A stretch of 64,000 nucleotides of DNA from Desulfarculia bacterium (GTDB lineage Bacteria; Desulfobacterota; Desulfarculia; G963662305). Both the position numbers and the translations under genes were made by a program. Numbering within the stretch: the first letter of the stretch is position 1; every line of letters starts with the position of its first letter. The DNA is taken from the NCBI GenBank assembly GCA_963662305.1, contig OY759352.1:818746-882745 (forward strand), given 5' to 3'. Positions 29,782-39,096 of the stretch are shown here, piece by piece. The notes beneath the pieces were generated by a model. It saw only the letters and a program-made list of their open reading frames with translations. It was not told where the DNA came from and did not search any database.

Positions 29782-30657
29782 TTGTTTGCTCAGCAGATAA
29801 TCAACAGCCTGGTTCTGGGCAGCATCTACACCCTCATCGCTCTCGGCTTTACTCTCATTTTCGGGGTGGCCAAGCTGCTCCACATGGCCCACGGCGGGGT
29901 TCTCCTCTTCGGGGCTTATGTGGCCATGACCCTGACCTCCGGCCTGGGCTTCTCCCTGGCCGCGGCCGCGCCCATCGCCATCGCCGCGACCATCGTGGTG
30001 GGCGTGCTGGTGGAGCGGATCACCATCACCCCGCTTAGGACCTATCCGCCCATCGCCATTCTGATCGCCACCCTGGGGATGTCCTTTTTCTTGGAAAGCG
30101 CCATCGAAAACATTTGGGGAGCCGAGCGGCTGAGCTTTCCCAGCTTTCTGGAATCGCCGGCCATCTCCCTGGATAAACTGCAGGTGGCCTGGCTGGACGT
30201 GTTCATTGTGGGGGTTACGGTGGGCCTGATTCTGGCCCTCCAGATTCTGGTCAAGAAAACCCAGCTGGGCCGAGCCATCCGGGCCACGGCCGAGAATCCC
30301 CATGCGGCCGAACTCATGGGCGTGAAGGCCTCCCGGATGCTGACCATCGTCATCATCATCGGCTCGGCCCTGGGCGGCGTGGGGGGAATGATGATGGGTT
30401 CCTACTACGGCTCCCTCAGCCCGCCCATGGCCATGGCCGCCCTGCTCAAGGGCGTCACGGCGGTCATCCTGGGAGGGATGGGCAGCGTGCCCGGAGCCAT
30501 TGTGGGCGGCTTTTTCATCGCCTTTTCCGAGAACTTCGGGGTGGCCTACGTCTCCTCGGCCTTCCGGGACGTGAGCGCCTTCAGCGCCATGATTCTCATT
30601 TTACTGATCAGGCCGGCCGGCATGTTCGGCTCTACGGTTTTGGAGAGAAGGGGATGA
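29782..30657 (+). CDS. livH: LIV-type ABC transporter permease (LivH-like)
   Basis: QQIINSLVLGSIYTLIALGFTLIFG, TQLGRAIRATAEN..AELMG, ILGGMGSVPGA. Confidence 0.88.
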   Translation: MFAQQIINSLVLGSIYTLIALGFTLIFGVAKLLHMAHGGVLLFGAYVAMTLTSGLGFSLAAAAPIAIAATIVVGVLVERITITPLRTYPPIAILIATLGMSFFLESAIENIWGAERLSFPSFLESPAISLDKLQVAWLDVFIVGVTVGLILALQILVKKTQLGRAIRATAENPHAAELMGVKASRMLTIVIIIGSALGGVGGMMMGSYYGSLSPPMAMAALLKGVTAVILGGMGSVPGAIVGGFFIAFSENFGVAYVSSAFRDVSAFSAMILILLIRPAGMFGSTVLERRG

Positions 30658-31613
30658 GCGCTATATTGAGCCGCACTGGAAACAAGACCAAGACCGCCCT
30701 GGGCCTGGGCCTGGCTGCGGCGTTGCTGATTCTGCCGCTGGTGATCCGGGACGAGTACATCCTGCGCATCTGCGTCAGGGCGGGAATCTACGTTCTTCTG
30801 GCCGTGGGCCTTAACTTCGTGGCCGGGTTCACCGGCATGCTCAGCTGCGCCCAGGCGGCCTTTTTCGGGCTGGGGGCCTACTGTTCGGCCCTTCTGTCCC
30901 TGAATCTGGGACTCTCCTTCTGGGTGGCCATGCCCATCTCCGGGCTGTTCGCCGGGATTTTCGGCTTTCTCCTGGGTCTGCCGGCCATCCGGCTGGCCCA
31001 CTTCTACCTGGTTATGGTGACCATCGCCTTCGGGGAGATAGTGGGGCTGGTCTTCCTTAACTGGGAGAGCCTGACCAAGGGCCCCTTCGGCCTGCCGGGC
31101 ATCCCCCCGCCCCAGATCGGGTCTTACGTCTATGTGGACAACACTCCCTACTACTACACCATCCTGGCTCTGGCCGCTGTGGGGGTCTATGTGGCCTGGC
31201 GGGTCACCCAGACCCAGATGGGCAAGCTCTTCATCGCCCTCAAGGACGACCAGTTGGCCGCCGAAGCTTCCGGCGTGCCCGTCAGCAGATACAAAATCAC
31301 GGCCTTCACCCTTTCGGCCGTCTACGCCGGCGTGGCCGGCTCCTTCTTCGCCCATTACATGACTTTCATTTCTCCGGGCACCTTCTCCACCAACGAGTCG
31401 ATCATGATCCTGGCCATGGTGGTCCTGGGCGGGATGGGTTCCATCACCGGCTCGGTGATCAGCGCCGCGGTGTTGACCATCATTCCCGAGGCCATGCGCT
31501 TCATCCAGGACTACCGGATGATGTTCTTCGGAGGAATCATCGTGGCCATCATGCTCTTCAAGCCCGAGGGGCTGATGAGCAAGGGCCGGTACGCCCTGAA
31601 GCGGGAAACCTGA
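30654..31613 (+). CDS. livM: LIV-type ABC transporter permease (LivM-like)
   Basis: GLNFVAGFTG, YLVMVTIAFGEI, ALKDDQLAAEASG, MVVLGGMGS, KPEGL. Confidence 0.88.
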   Translation: MSAILSRTGNKTKTALGLGLAAALLILPLVIRDEYILRICVRAGIYVLLAVGLNFVAGFTGMLSCAQAAFFGLGAYCSALLSLNLGLSFWVAMPISGLFAGIFGFLLGLPAIRLAHFYLVMVTIAFGEIVGLVFLNWESLTKGPFGLPGIPPPQIGSYVYVDNTPYYYTILALAAVGVYVAWRVTQTQMGKLFIALKDDQLAAEASGVPVSRYKITAFTLSAVYAGVAGSFFAHYMTFISPGTFSTNESIMILAMVVLGGMGSITGSVISAAVLTIIPEAMRFIQDYRMMFFGGIIVAIMLFKPEGLMSKGRYALKRET

Positions 31614-31641
31614 CCGCCGGGAAGATACAGGAGACCGAGCC

Positions 31642-32406
31642 ATGTCCTTATTGGAAATACAAGACCTGACCATGACCTTCGGAGGGCTCAGGGCCCTTGA
31701 TCAGGTCAGCCTGAACGTGGAGGAGGGGGAGATCGTGTCCCTGATCGGCCCCAACGGGGCCGGCAAGACCACGGTCTTCAACATCATCTCCGGAATATAC
31801 AATCCGGCGGCGGGGCGGATCCTGTTTTGCGACCGGCCCCTTCACGGCCAGCCCATGTGGAAGATCGCCAGGAGCGGGATCGGGCGGACCTTCCAGAACA
31901 TCCGTCTCTTCAGCAGCCTCACCGCCCTGGAGAACGTCCGGATCAGCCTGACCGCCCACCTGCGCTATTCGGTCCTGGGCTCCGTGCTGCTTCTGCGTTC
32001 CTCCCGGACGGCGGAGAAACGGTTCGACAGCCGGGCCAGGGAGGTTCTGGACCTGATGGGCCTGGAGCAGCGGACCGAGACGGTGGCCTCCAGCCTGACC
32101 TACGGCCAGCAGCGCCGTCTGGAGATGGCCCGGGCCCTGGCCCTGGAGCCCAAGCTTCTGCTCCTGGACGAGCCTTCGGCCGGCATGCCGACCCATGAAA
32201 CCCTGGAGCTCATGGAGACGGTCAAGGGATTCAGAGAGCGGGGCATCACCATTTTTCTGGTGGAGCACGACATGAAGATGGTCATGGGCATCTCCGACCG
32301 GGTGGTTGTTTTGGACAACGGGATCAAGATCGCCGAAGGCACCCCCGACGGGGTCCGCAACAATCCCGAGGTCATCAGAGCCTATTTAGGGGAGGAAGAT
32401 CTGTGA
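31642..32406 (+). CDS. livG: LIV-type ABC transporter ATPase (LivG-like)
   Basis: FGGLRAL, GPNGAGKTT, RTFQNIRLF, YGQQRRLEMARAL, VEHDM, VIRAYLG. Confidence 0.92.
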   Translation: MSLLEIQDLTMTFGGLRALDQVSLNVEEGEIVSLIGPNGAGKTTVFNIISGIYNPAAGRILFCDRPLHGQPMWKIARSGIGRTFQNIRLFSSLTALENVRISLTAHLRYSVLGSVLLLRSSRTAEKRFDSRAREVLDLMGLEQRTETVASSLTYGQQRRLEMARALALEPKLLLLDEPSAGMPTHETLELMETVKGFRERGITIFLVEHDMKMVMGISDRVVVLDNGIKIAEGTPDGVRNNPEVIRAYLGEEDL

Positions 32407-33110
32407 CCCTCCTGCAAGTGGACGGAATCGTCGTCCGGTACGGAAACATCACCGCGGTCCATGGGGTCTCCTTCCAGGTCAGCCAGGGGGAGATAGTAAC
32501 CCTCATCGGAGCCAACGGAGCGGGCAAGACCACCTGCCTCAAGTCGATCATGGGGGTCCTGACCCCGGTCCAGGGGTCCATCAATTTCCTGGGCCAGGAG
32601 ATCGCCGGCCGGCCGGCCGTGGAGCTGGTTCAGAAAGGCCTGAGCCTGGTTCCCGAGGGCCGTCAGGTCTTCACCTCCCTGACCGTCCTGGAAAACCTGG
32701 AAATGGGCCGTTACCTCCGCCGGGACAAGGAGGGTGTGGTCCGGGACCTGAAGTGGGTCTTGGACCTTTTCCCGGTTCTGGCCCAGCGCTCGGGGCAACT
32801 GGCCGGGACCCTCTCCGGCGGGGAGCAGCAGATGCTGGCCATCGGCCGGGCCCTCATGGCCAAGCCCAAGCTGCTGCTTCTGGACGAGCCTTCCATGGGC
32901 CTCTCCCCCATCCTGGTGGCCCAGATTTTCGACCTCATTAAGAAAATCAACCAGGCCGGGACAACCATCCTCCTGGTGGAGCAGAACGCCGCTCTGGCCC
33001 TCAAGACGGCCGACCGGGGCTACGTCCTGGAAACCGGGCAGGTGGTTCTGGAGGGCCCGACCCGGGAACTGGCCTCCAACGCCAAAGTCCGGGAGGCTTA
33101 TCTGGGCTGA
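32403..33110 (+). CDS. livF: LIV-type ABC transporter ATPase (LivF-like)
   Basis: GANGAGKTT, VPEGRQVF, LSGGEQQMLAIGRALM, VEQNA, VREAYLG. Confidence 0.92.
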   Translation: MTLLQVDGIVVRYGNITAVHGVSFQVSQGEIVTLIGANGAGKTTCLKSIMGVLTPVQGSINFLGQEIAGRPAVELVQKGLSLVPEGRQVFTSLTVLENLEMGRYLRRDKEGVVRDLKWVLDLFPVLAQRSGQLAGTLSGGEQQMLAIGRALMAKPKLLLLDEPSMGLSPILVAQIFDLIKKINQAGTTILLVEQNAALALKTADRGYVLETGQVVLEGPTRELASNAKVREAYLG

Positions 33111-33153
33111 GACCGGGCGAGGGGTTTCAGCAGGAGTTTTAACTGATAGGTGA

Positions 33154-34221
33154 ATGACCATGAATCCCAAGGAGAATTACCTGGCCGCCTTGAGGGGTGT
33201 GAGGCCGGACCGGCTGCCCCTCCACGTGGCCAACATGAGCGATTTTCTGCAGTACTATTACGATATTTCGGCCCGCCAGTTCGTGGACGATCCGGCCCTG
33301 CACGCCGAGGTGACCATCAAGGGGGCCGATGAGTTCGGGTTCGCCTGCATCACTCCGGTGGCCTACATCCTGTTCGGGGCCGGGCCGGAGCTGGGCGTCG
33401 ACTGGCAGTTCAGCGGCGACAGCCTGCCCGGAGCCAGGGGCGGAATAATAAAGAACCGGGACGACGCGGTCCGGATCCTACCGCCCCGGGAGCCCTCGGG
33501 ATATTTCAAGAACTATCTGGCCATCCTGCAAACCCTCAAGGACCGGGCGGGCGATCGGGTCTTTTTCCTGGGCATGGGCCTGGGCCCCCATTCCACGGCC
33601 GTTTTCCTCCGGGGCATGCAGGAGGCCCTGACCGATCCCCTGACCCATCCGGACCTTTATCGCAGCTACATGGAACGCTGTGTGGAGTTGTCCGTCTTTT
33701 TCGGGACCCACGTGCTTGAGTTGGGCATGGCGGGCACGGTCATGCTGGAGGTGTTTCTCTCCCCGGACCTGATCAGCCCCGACTACTACCACAAACACAT
33801 CGCCGTTTATATCGACCGGGTGGTCCAGATCTTCCAGAAGCGGGGGCTCAGCCTGCCCAACAGCTTCGGAGCCTTCATGGGCCGACCCGGCGACCGGGAG
33901 AGCCAGCGTCTGGGCCGTCTGATGTACGACCATTTCTACGGCAGCAAAGAGTCCCTGGAAGTGGTCCGCCAGGCCGTGGAGCACGCCCTGCCCGGCTTCC
34001 CGGCCACCATCACCCTGTCCGGGCGGATGATGTTCCAGTGGCCCAAGGAAGACATAGTCGATTTCCTGAAGCAGGGGCTGGACATCATCGTCCGCCGTCA
34101 CGGCCTCTATCCCTCTGTCCGTCTGACCTCCCTCCAACCGCCGGACCGTCCGGCCGCCCTGGCCATGGCCGACAAAGTCAGGGCCGTGATGGATACGGTG
34201 AACTCCTATCCCCTGCCCTGA
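33154..34221 (+). CDS. Divergent uroporphyrinogen decarboxylase (URO-D/MtaA)-fold protein
   Basis: N-term G.RPDRLP, GPHSTAVFLRGMQEAL.D..HPD, DLISPDYY; C-terminal half strongly divergent. Confidence 0.6.
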   Translation: MTMNPKENYLAALRGVRPDRLPLHVANMSDFLQYYYDISARQFVDDPALHAEVTIKGADEFGFACITPVAYILFGAGPELGVDWQFSGDSLPGARGGIIKNRDDAVRILPPREPSGYFKNYLAILQTLKDRAGDRVFFLGMGLGPHSTAVFLRGMQEALTDPLTHPDLYRSYMERCVELSVFFGTHVLELGMAGTVMLEVFLSPDLISPDYYHKHIAVYIDRVVQIFQKRGLSLPNSFGAFMGRPGDRESQRLGRLMYDHFYGSKESLEVVRQAVEHALPGFPATITLSGRMMFQWPKEDIVDFLKQGLDIIVRRHGLYPSVRLTSLQPPDRPAALAMADKVRAVMDTVNSYPLP

Positions 34222-34268
34222 GGGTGGACAGAATCATCATCAAACCAAGCTGATATCTTTCCCAAGGA

Positions 34269-35264
34269 GTGAACGTGAATTACTACCAACGAATCCAAGC
34301 CGTCTTGGGAGGGCGCCCCACCGACCGACCGGCCTGGGGCTACTGGCAACATTTCCCCAACCGGGACCGTTCTCCCCGGCGGCTGAGCGAACTGATGCTG
34401 GCCCATCAACGGGAGCTGGATCTGGATTTCATCAAGTTGATGCCCTACGGGCTTTTTTCGGTGGTGGACTGGGGGGTGGAGCTGGAGTTTTTCAGCGGCC
34501 TTCTGGACTCGCCGAAACAGCGTCGCATGGCCATCCGGGAGCCCGGTGACTGGCCCAAGCTTAAGCCCATCGACGGCGGCAGCGGCGAATTCGCCATGGC
34601 CCTGGAGGCCCAGCGGTTGACTATGGCGGAGGCCCACGACACGGTGCCCATTATCCAGACCATTTTCAGCCCCCTGACCTCGGCCCTGAAGATGTCCGGC
34701 CAGGAGACCCTGCTGCGGCATCTGAGGGAGAATCCGGGGGAGGTGGAGGCCGGCCTGGAGGTGATCACCGAGACCACCCGCCAGTTCGCCGAGTTGGCCG
34801 TGGACGGAGGAGCGGATGGGGTGTTCTACGCCACCCAGATGACCAACGACGGGGTGCTGAGTGAGGCCGAGCACGACCGGTTCGTCAAAAAATACGACCT
34901 GGCCGTCCTGGAGGAGATCAAGGACGGGACCTGGTTCAACATCCTCCACATTCACGGCGACGGGCCGCGGATCGACCTGGTGGAGGACTATCCGGTCCAG
35001 GCCCTCAGCTGGCACGACCGGGACTCGGGACCGGACATCGAAACGGTCCGGGCCAAGACGGACAAATGCCTGGTGGCTGGAGTGGGGCACATGGGAGCTC
35101 TGCTCAGGGGCACCCCCGAGATGGTGGCCGACCAGGTGAAGGACGCCTGGCGACAGGCCCAGGGGCTGGGGCTCATCATCGCTCCGGGCTGCGGCAACCA
35201 GACCCGGATTCCCCGGGAGAACATCCTGCAGATGAAAAAGAGCGTCCTGGCCCTGGGCCGATGA
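34269..35264 (+). CDS. URO-D-family protein of unknown substrate
   Basis: RIQAVLGGRPTDRP.WG.WQHF, DFIKLMP, IQTIFSPLT, GADGVFYA, NILHIHG, LIIAPGC. Confidence 0.8.
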   Translation: MNVNYYQRIQAVLGGRPTDRPAWGYWQHFPNRDRSPRRLSELMLAHQRELDLDFIKLMPYGLFSVVDWGVELEFFSGLLDSPKQRRMAIREPGDWPKLKPIDGGSGEFAMALEAQRLTMAEAHDTVPIIQTIFSPLTSALKMSGQETLLRHLRENPGEVEAGLEVITETTRQFAELAVDGGADGVFYATQMTNDGVLSEAEHDRFVKKYDLAVLEEIKDGTWFNILHIHGDGPRIDLVEDYPVQALSWHDRDSGPDIETVRAKTDKCLVAGVGHMGALLRGTPEMVADQVKDAWRQAQGLGLIIAPGCGNQTRIPRENILQMKKSVLALGR

Positions 35265-36454
35265 CCTTTCCGGGGCCGGTGACCGGCCGGGCCAGCGAAA
35301 CCGTCGTCATCGGCGGCGGGGTGATCGGGGCGTCCATAGCCTACCACCTGGCCCAACGGGGGGTGGAGACTCTGCTTCTGGAGGCCGGGGGCTTGGCCTC
35401 AGGCACCTCCGGAGCCTGCGACGGGATGGTCTTTCTCCAGTCTAAGAAACCGGGCCTCCATCTCAACCTGGCCCAGGCCGGCATCCGGAGCCTGGAACGC
35501 CTGGCCCGGGTCCTGCCCCGGGAGATAGAGTTTCAACGCTCCGGGGGCATGGTGGTGGCCTTTTCGGAGGAGGAGCTGGAGGCCCTGGCCCGGCTGGCGG
35601 ACCGGCAGCGGCGGGAGGGCCTGGCCGTGGACCTTCTGGACGCCCACCAGGCCAGGAGCCTGGAGGGTTGTCTGGGCCCGGAGGTCCGGGGGGCCACCCA
35701 CTGCGCCTCGGACGGGCAGGTGAACCCTCTGGCCCTGACCCTGGGTCTGGCCCAGGGGGCCCGGCTGCACGGGGCCAGGATTCACCAGGGGGAAAAGGTT
35801 ATTGCTCTCAGGCGGACCAAGGGGCGGATCGAGGCCGTGATCACCGATCAGGCCGCCTACCCCGCCCGGACCGTGATCAACGCCGCCGGGGTCCGTGCCC
35901 CGGAGATCGGCCGGATGGCGGGCCTGGACCTGCCCATCATCCCGCGGCGGGGCCAGCTTCTGGTTACCGAGCCCTCCGCCAAGCTGAAGCTGGGCTGCTG
36001 CCTGATCTCTGCGGGTTACCTTGCGGTCAAGTACAACCCCGAACTGTCCGGAAAGGACGACACAGGGGTCTCCATCGAACAGGCCCAGTCCGGCTCGCTT
36101 CTCCTGGGCTCCAGCCGGGAGTTCGTCGCTTTCGACCGCCGGACCACCCTGGACCAGATCAAAAAGATCGCCCGCCGGGCCTGCAGTCTGGTCCCCGGGC
36201 TCAAGGAGCTGAACCTGATCCGGACCTTCGCCGGCCTGCGTCCCTTCACCCGCGACGGACTGCCCCTCATCGGGCCGGTGGACTCCGTACCCGGTTTCAT
36301 CGTGGCCGCCGGTCACGAGGGCGACGGCATCGCTCTCTCGGCCATCACCGGGGAGCTGGTGGCCCAACTGGCGGCCGAGGACCGGACCGGATTCCCCCTG
36401 GATCAATTCGCCCCCGGACGGTTTGCGGAGGCGGGAGTCAAGGTTCATGACTGA
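35261..36454 (+). CDS. FAD-dependent D-amino-acid/glycine-oxidase-family subunit (HcnC/OoxB-like)
   Basis: VVIGGGVIGASIAYHLA, ASGTSGACDG, PRRGQLLVTEP, FAGLRP.T.DGLPLIG, AAGHEGDGI; ATG overlaps upstream stop. Confidence 0.88.
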   Translation: MTFPGPVTGRASETVVIGGGVIGASIAYHLAQRGVETLLLEAGGLASGTSGACDGMVFLQSKKPGLHLNLAQAGIRSLERLARVLPREIEFQRSGGMVVAFSEEELEALARLADRQRREGLAVDLLDAHQARSLEGCLGPEVRGATHCASDGQVNPLALTLGLAQGARLHGARIHQGEKVIALRRTKGRIEAVITDQAAYPARTVINAAGVRAPEIGRMAGLDLPIIPRRGQLLVTEPSAKLKLGCCLISAGYLAVKYNPELSGKDDTGVSIEQAQSGSLLLGSSREFVAFDRRTTLDQIKKIARRACSLVPGLKELNLIRTFAGLRPFTRDGLPLIGPVDSVPGFIVAAGHEGDGIALSAITGELVAQLAAEDRTGFPLDQFAPGRFAEAGVKVHD

Positions 36455-36731
36455 ACTGCGTCTGAAAAACTTCCAGCGAGGCCCGGCGGTCCGGATCCGG
36501 GTCAACGGCCGGGTGGTGGAGGCCTACCAGGGCGAAACGGTCCAGGCCGCCCTGCAGGCCGCCGGCCTGGTGACCCTCAACCGTTCTCCCCGGCTCGGGG
36601 AGAAACGGGGAGCTCTGTGCGGCATGGGCGTCTGCTACGGCTGCCTGGTGACCATCGACGGCCGGCCCAACCAGAGGGCCTGTCACACCCTGGTGCGGGA
36701 GGGCCTGGAGGTGCTCCTGGATGTCTCTTAG
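36447..36731 (+). CDS. [2Fe-2S] ferredoxin-like subunit (HcnA-like)
   Basis: GETVQAAL, RGALCGMGVCYGCLVTIDG..RAC. Confidence 0.88.
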   Translation: MTELRLKNFQRGPAVRIRVNGRVVEAYQGETVQAALQAAGLVTLNRSPRLGEKRGALCGMGVCYGCLVTIDGRPNQRACHTLVREGLEVLLDVS

Positions 36732-38148
36732 GCTTCAGGCGGCCGTCATCGGCGGCGGACCGGCAGGGCTGGCGGCCGGAGCGGAGCTGACCGCCAGAGG
36801 GGTCAAGGTCGCGGTTCTGGACGAGGGCCCCTATCCGGGCGGACCCACCCGCCACAGCCCGACCTCCGGATTCGCGCCCCGACCGAACGGGCCGGTCCGG
36901 GGGGAACTGGTCGGGCCGTTGGTGGAACAGGCCCGCCGAACCGGGACGGAGATCCTCTCCCAGGTCCAGGTGGTGGGCCTGGAGGAGGACGGGACCATCT
37001 GGGCCCAGCAGGGTCAGGACAGGTTGCTGGAACTCAAGGCCGAGTACGTTCTCTTCGCCACCGGGGCCAGGGAGAGATTCATTCCCTTTGCGGGCTGGAC
37101 TCTGCCCGGGGTGATCTCCACCGGCGCGGCCCAGATCCTCCTGGAGCGCCACGGCATTCTGCCCGGCCAAAGGATCGTGGTGGCCGGCTCCGGCCCCCTG
37201 CCTCTCCTCCTGGCCAGCCATCTGGCCGGGGCCGGAGGGCGGGTGGCGGCCCTCCTGGACCATTCCTCCTGGCGAAAACGGGCCGGGGCGATAAGGCATC
37301 TGGCCGGAGGCCGGACCAAGCTGCTCCAGGGCCTGGGCCTGCTGGCCGGCCTGCTTCGGGCCGGAATAAGGCCCCGGACCTCCACCACTGTGGCGGCGGC
37401 CAGGGGCGCGGACCGGCTGGAGGAGGTGGAGACGGTCCGCATCGACGGACGGGGCCGGCCCCTGCCGGGCTCCGAGCGGACCATCCCGGCCGACTGCCTG
37501 GCCCTGGGCCACGGCTTCAGCCCCAATATCGAGCTTCCCCAGCTGGCCGGCTGCGAAATCGTCCACGATCCTTTCCGGGGAGGCTGGCTGGTCCGGGTGG
37601 ACCGGACCCTCATGACCTCCCGGGAGGGATTTTACGCCGCCGGAGAGATAACCGGTCTGGGAGGGGGCCCCAAATCCGTGATCGAGGGGCGCCTGGCCGC
37701 TCTTCATCTGGCCGCCCGTCTGGGTGCGGCCAGGGGACGGGACCTGGACCGGCAGGTGGCTCGGCTGGCCGGGGCCCGCCGCCGGGAGGAGAGCTTCGGT
37801 CGGTTTCTGACCTCCCTTGCGGCCCCTCCTCCGGGGCTCTGGGACCTGATCGGCGGAGAGACGGTCATCTGCCGTTGCGAGGATGTGACCCTGAACCGGA
37901 TTCAGGAGGCCGTGGGCAAAGGCGCCGTCACCCTGGACTCCCTCAAGAAGGCCACCCGGTGCGGCATGGGGCGGTGCCAGGGCCGGATATGCGGGCCCAT
38001 CCTGGCCGGGGTTCTGGGCCGCCTGGTCGGTCCGGAAGCCGGAGCGGCCCAGCTCTCGCTGCGGCCGCCCCTCAAACCCATCCCCCTCAGCCTCCTGGTT
38101 GGGGAAGAGCCAGGTGATCCTACCCAGAAACAACGGACATTTTGTTAA
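36721..38148 (+). CDS. FAD/NAD(P)-binding subunit with BFD-like [2Fe-2S] (HcnB/OoxA-like); last residues supplied by IS end
   Basis: IGGGPAGLAA, ATGARER..PF.GWTLPGV, GSGPL, ICRCEDVT..TRCGMGRCQGRICG, RPPLKP. Confidence 0.88.
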   Translation: MSLRLQAAVIGGGPAGLAAGAELTARGVKVAVLDEGPYPGGPTRHSPTSGFAPRPNGPVRGELVGPLVEQARRTGTEILSQVQVVGLEEDGTIWAQQGQDRLLELKAEYVLFATGARERFIPFAGWTLPGVISTGAAQILLERHGILPGQRIVVAGSGPLPLLLASHLAGAGGRVAALLDHSSWRKRAGAIRHLAGGRTKLLQGLGLLAGLLRAGIRPRTSTTVAAARGADRLEEVETVRIDGRGRPLPGSERTIPADCLALGHGFSPNIELPQLAGCEIVHDPFRGGWLVRVDRTLMTSREGFYAAGEITGLGGGPKSVIEGRLAALHLAARLGAARGRDLDRQVARLAGARRREESFGRFLTSLAAPPPGLWDLIGGETVICRCEDVTLNRIQEAVGKGAVTLDSLKKATRCGMGRCQGRICGPILAGVLGRLVGPEAGAAQLSLRPPLKPIPLSLLVGEEPGDPTQKQRTFC

Positions 38149-38770
38149 GCAGCCATATTGGTTTCAAGGGCCAACGGGCTGATATGCCCATCGGCGCCGG
38201 GCCTACCGGTCCGGTTGCAGTCAACTTCAATGCCTCGAAGACAGCCCGGCGCATATCTTCACGGGTGGCAATGCTCTCGCCGTGGATCAGCTCGACCTTG
38301 AGGGGCTGGTTCGCCGCCGCAGGCAAATCGTGCTTGGAATCGGTTGGGGCCCTGAACTTCCTGGCCGCCTTGGCCACCAGCCTTGCCGACGCGTGCTTTT
38401 GGCCACGGTCTTGCGGTTGTATGAATGCTCCCGCTCATCAAGATCAAGGGTCGGCCCCACCGCGCCGCTGCGGCCTTTGCGGAAGGCGGAAACCTTTGCA
38501 ACCGGTCGGTCCAGCTTCACCCGACCAAACTGCCTTTGACTTGGGTTTTGAAGCCTATGCCGCCAGGCATAGAGCTGGGAGTCGTGCAGTCCCAACTGCT
38601 CGGCCGCGCCGGCCACTCCGACCTGCTCGGCCAAGCCCAGGGCCTCAGACTCATATTCCATTGAGTAGCGACTGCGTGTTGCTTGGGTCTGCTTTTTCTG
38701 GGAGGCATGGATCACTTCCATTGAGAAATTTACTCGCTTAACGGAGTGTCCGTCAAAATTGGGTAGATCA
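38115..38770 (-). mobile_element. Internally deleted IS3-type element (656 bp) with both terminal repeats
   Basis: Ends TGATCCTACCCAGAAACAACGGACA (38115) and GTGTCCGTCAAAATTGGGTAGATCA (38770); orfA piece EALGLAEQVGVAGAAEQLGL..SQLYAWR fused to orfB scraps; no target duplication. Confidence 0.78.
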
Positions 38771-39096
38771 CTTTTCGCCGAGAATATATTATCGCTCAAA
38801 ACATAATTTTATAATTACCTCCCATTGAAAAATTAGTTAACTCAGAATACAGTATAAATATTGGAGAGGAGAATTCTGAGACGAGTCAACTTCTCAATAC
38901 ATGGTGTCGATAGAATGCGGGCGGGATCGAAATAATTCGAAGGGATTTTTACTTCTTGAGCTATGTAACTTCTATTAAGTATGAAGCTTGCCCATGGCAA
39001 CGATAGACTCATAAAAACATGAAAAAATAAATAGTAAAATAATAATAATTTGATCAATGGCCAAGTAAACATGAAGGGTGGTTGAGGGAGGTTCTT

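Noticed and set aside
33154-35264. hemE or corrinoid methyltransferase system
   Set aside because: No MRQAGR motif, no hem genes, no corrinoid protein or activator in the operon
35261-38148. Hydrogen cyanide synthase hcnABC
   Set aside because: Same fold family as opine oxidases and proline/hydroxyproline dehydrogenases; importer context favours catabolism; symbols withheld
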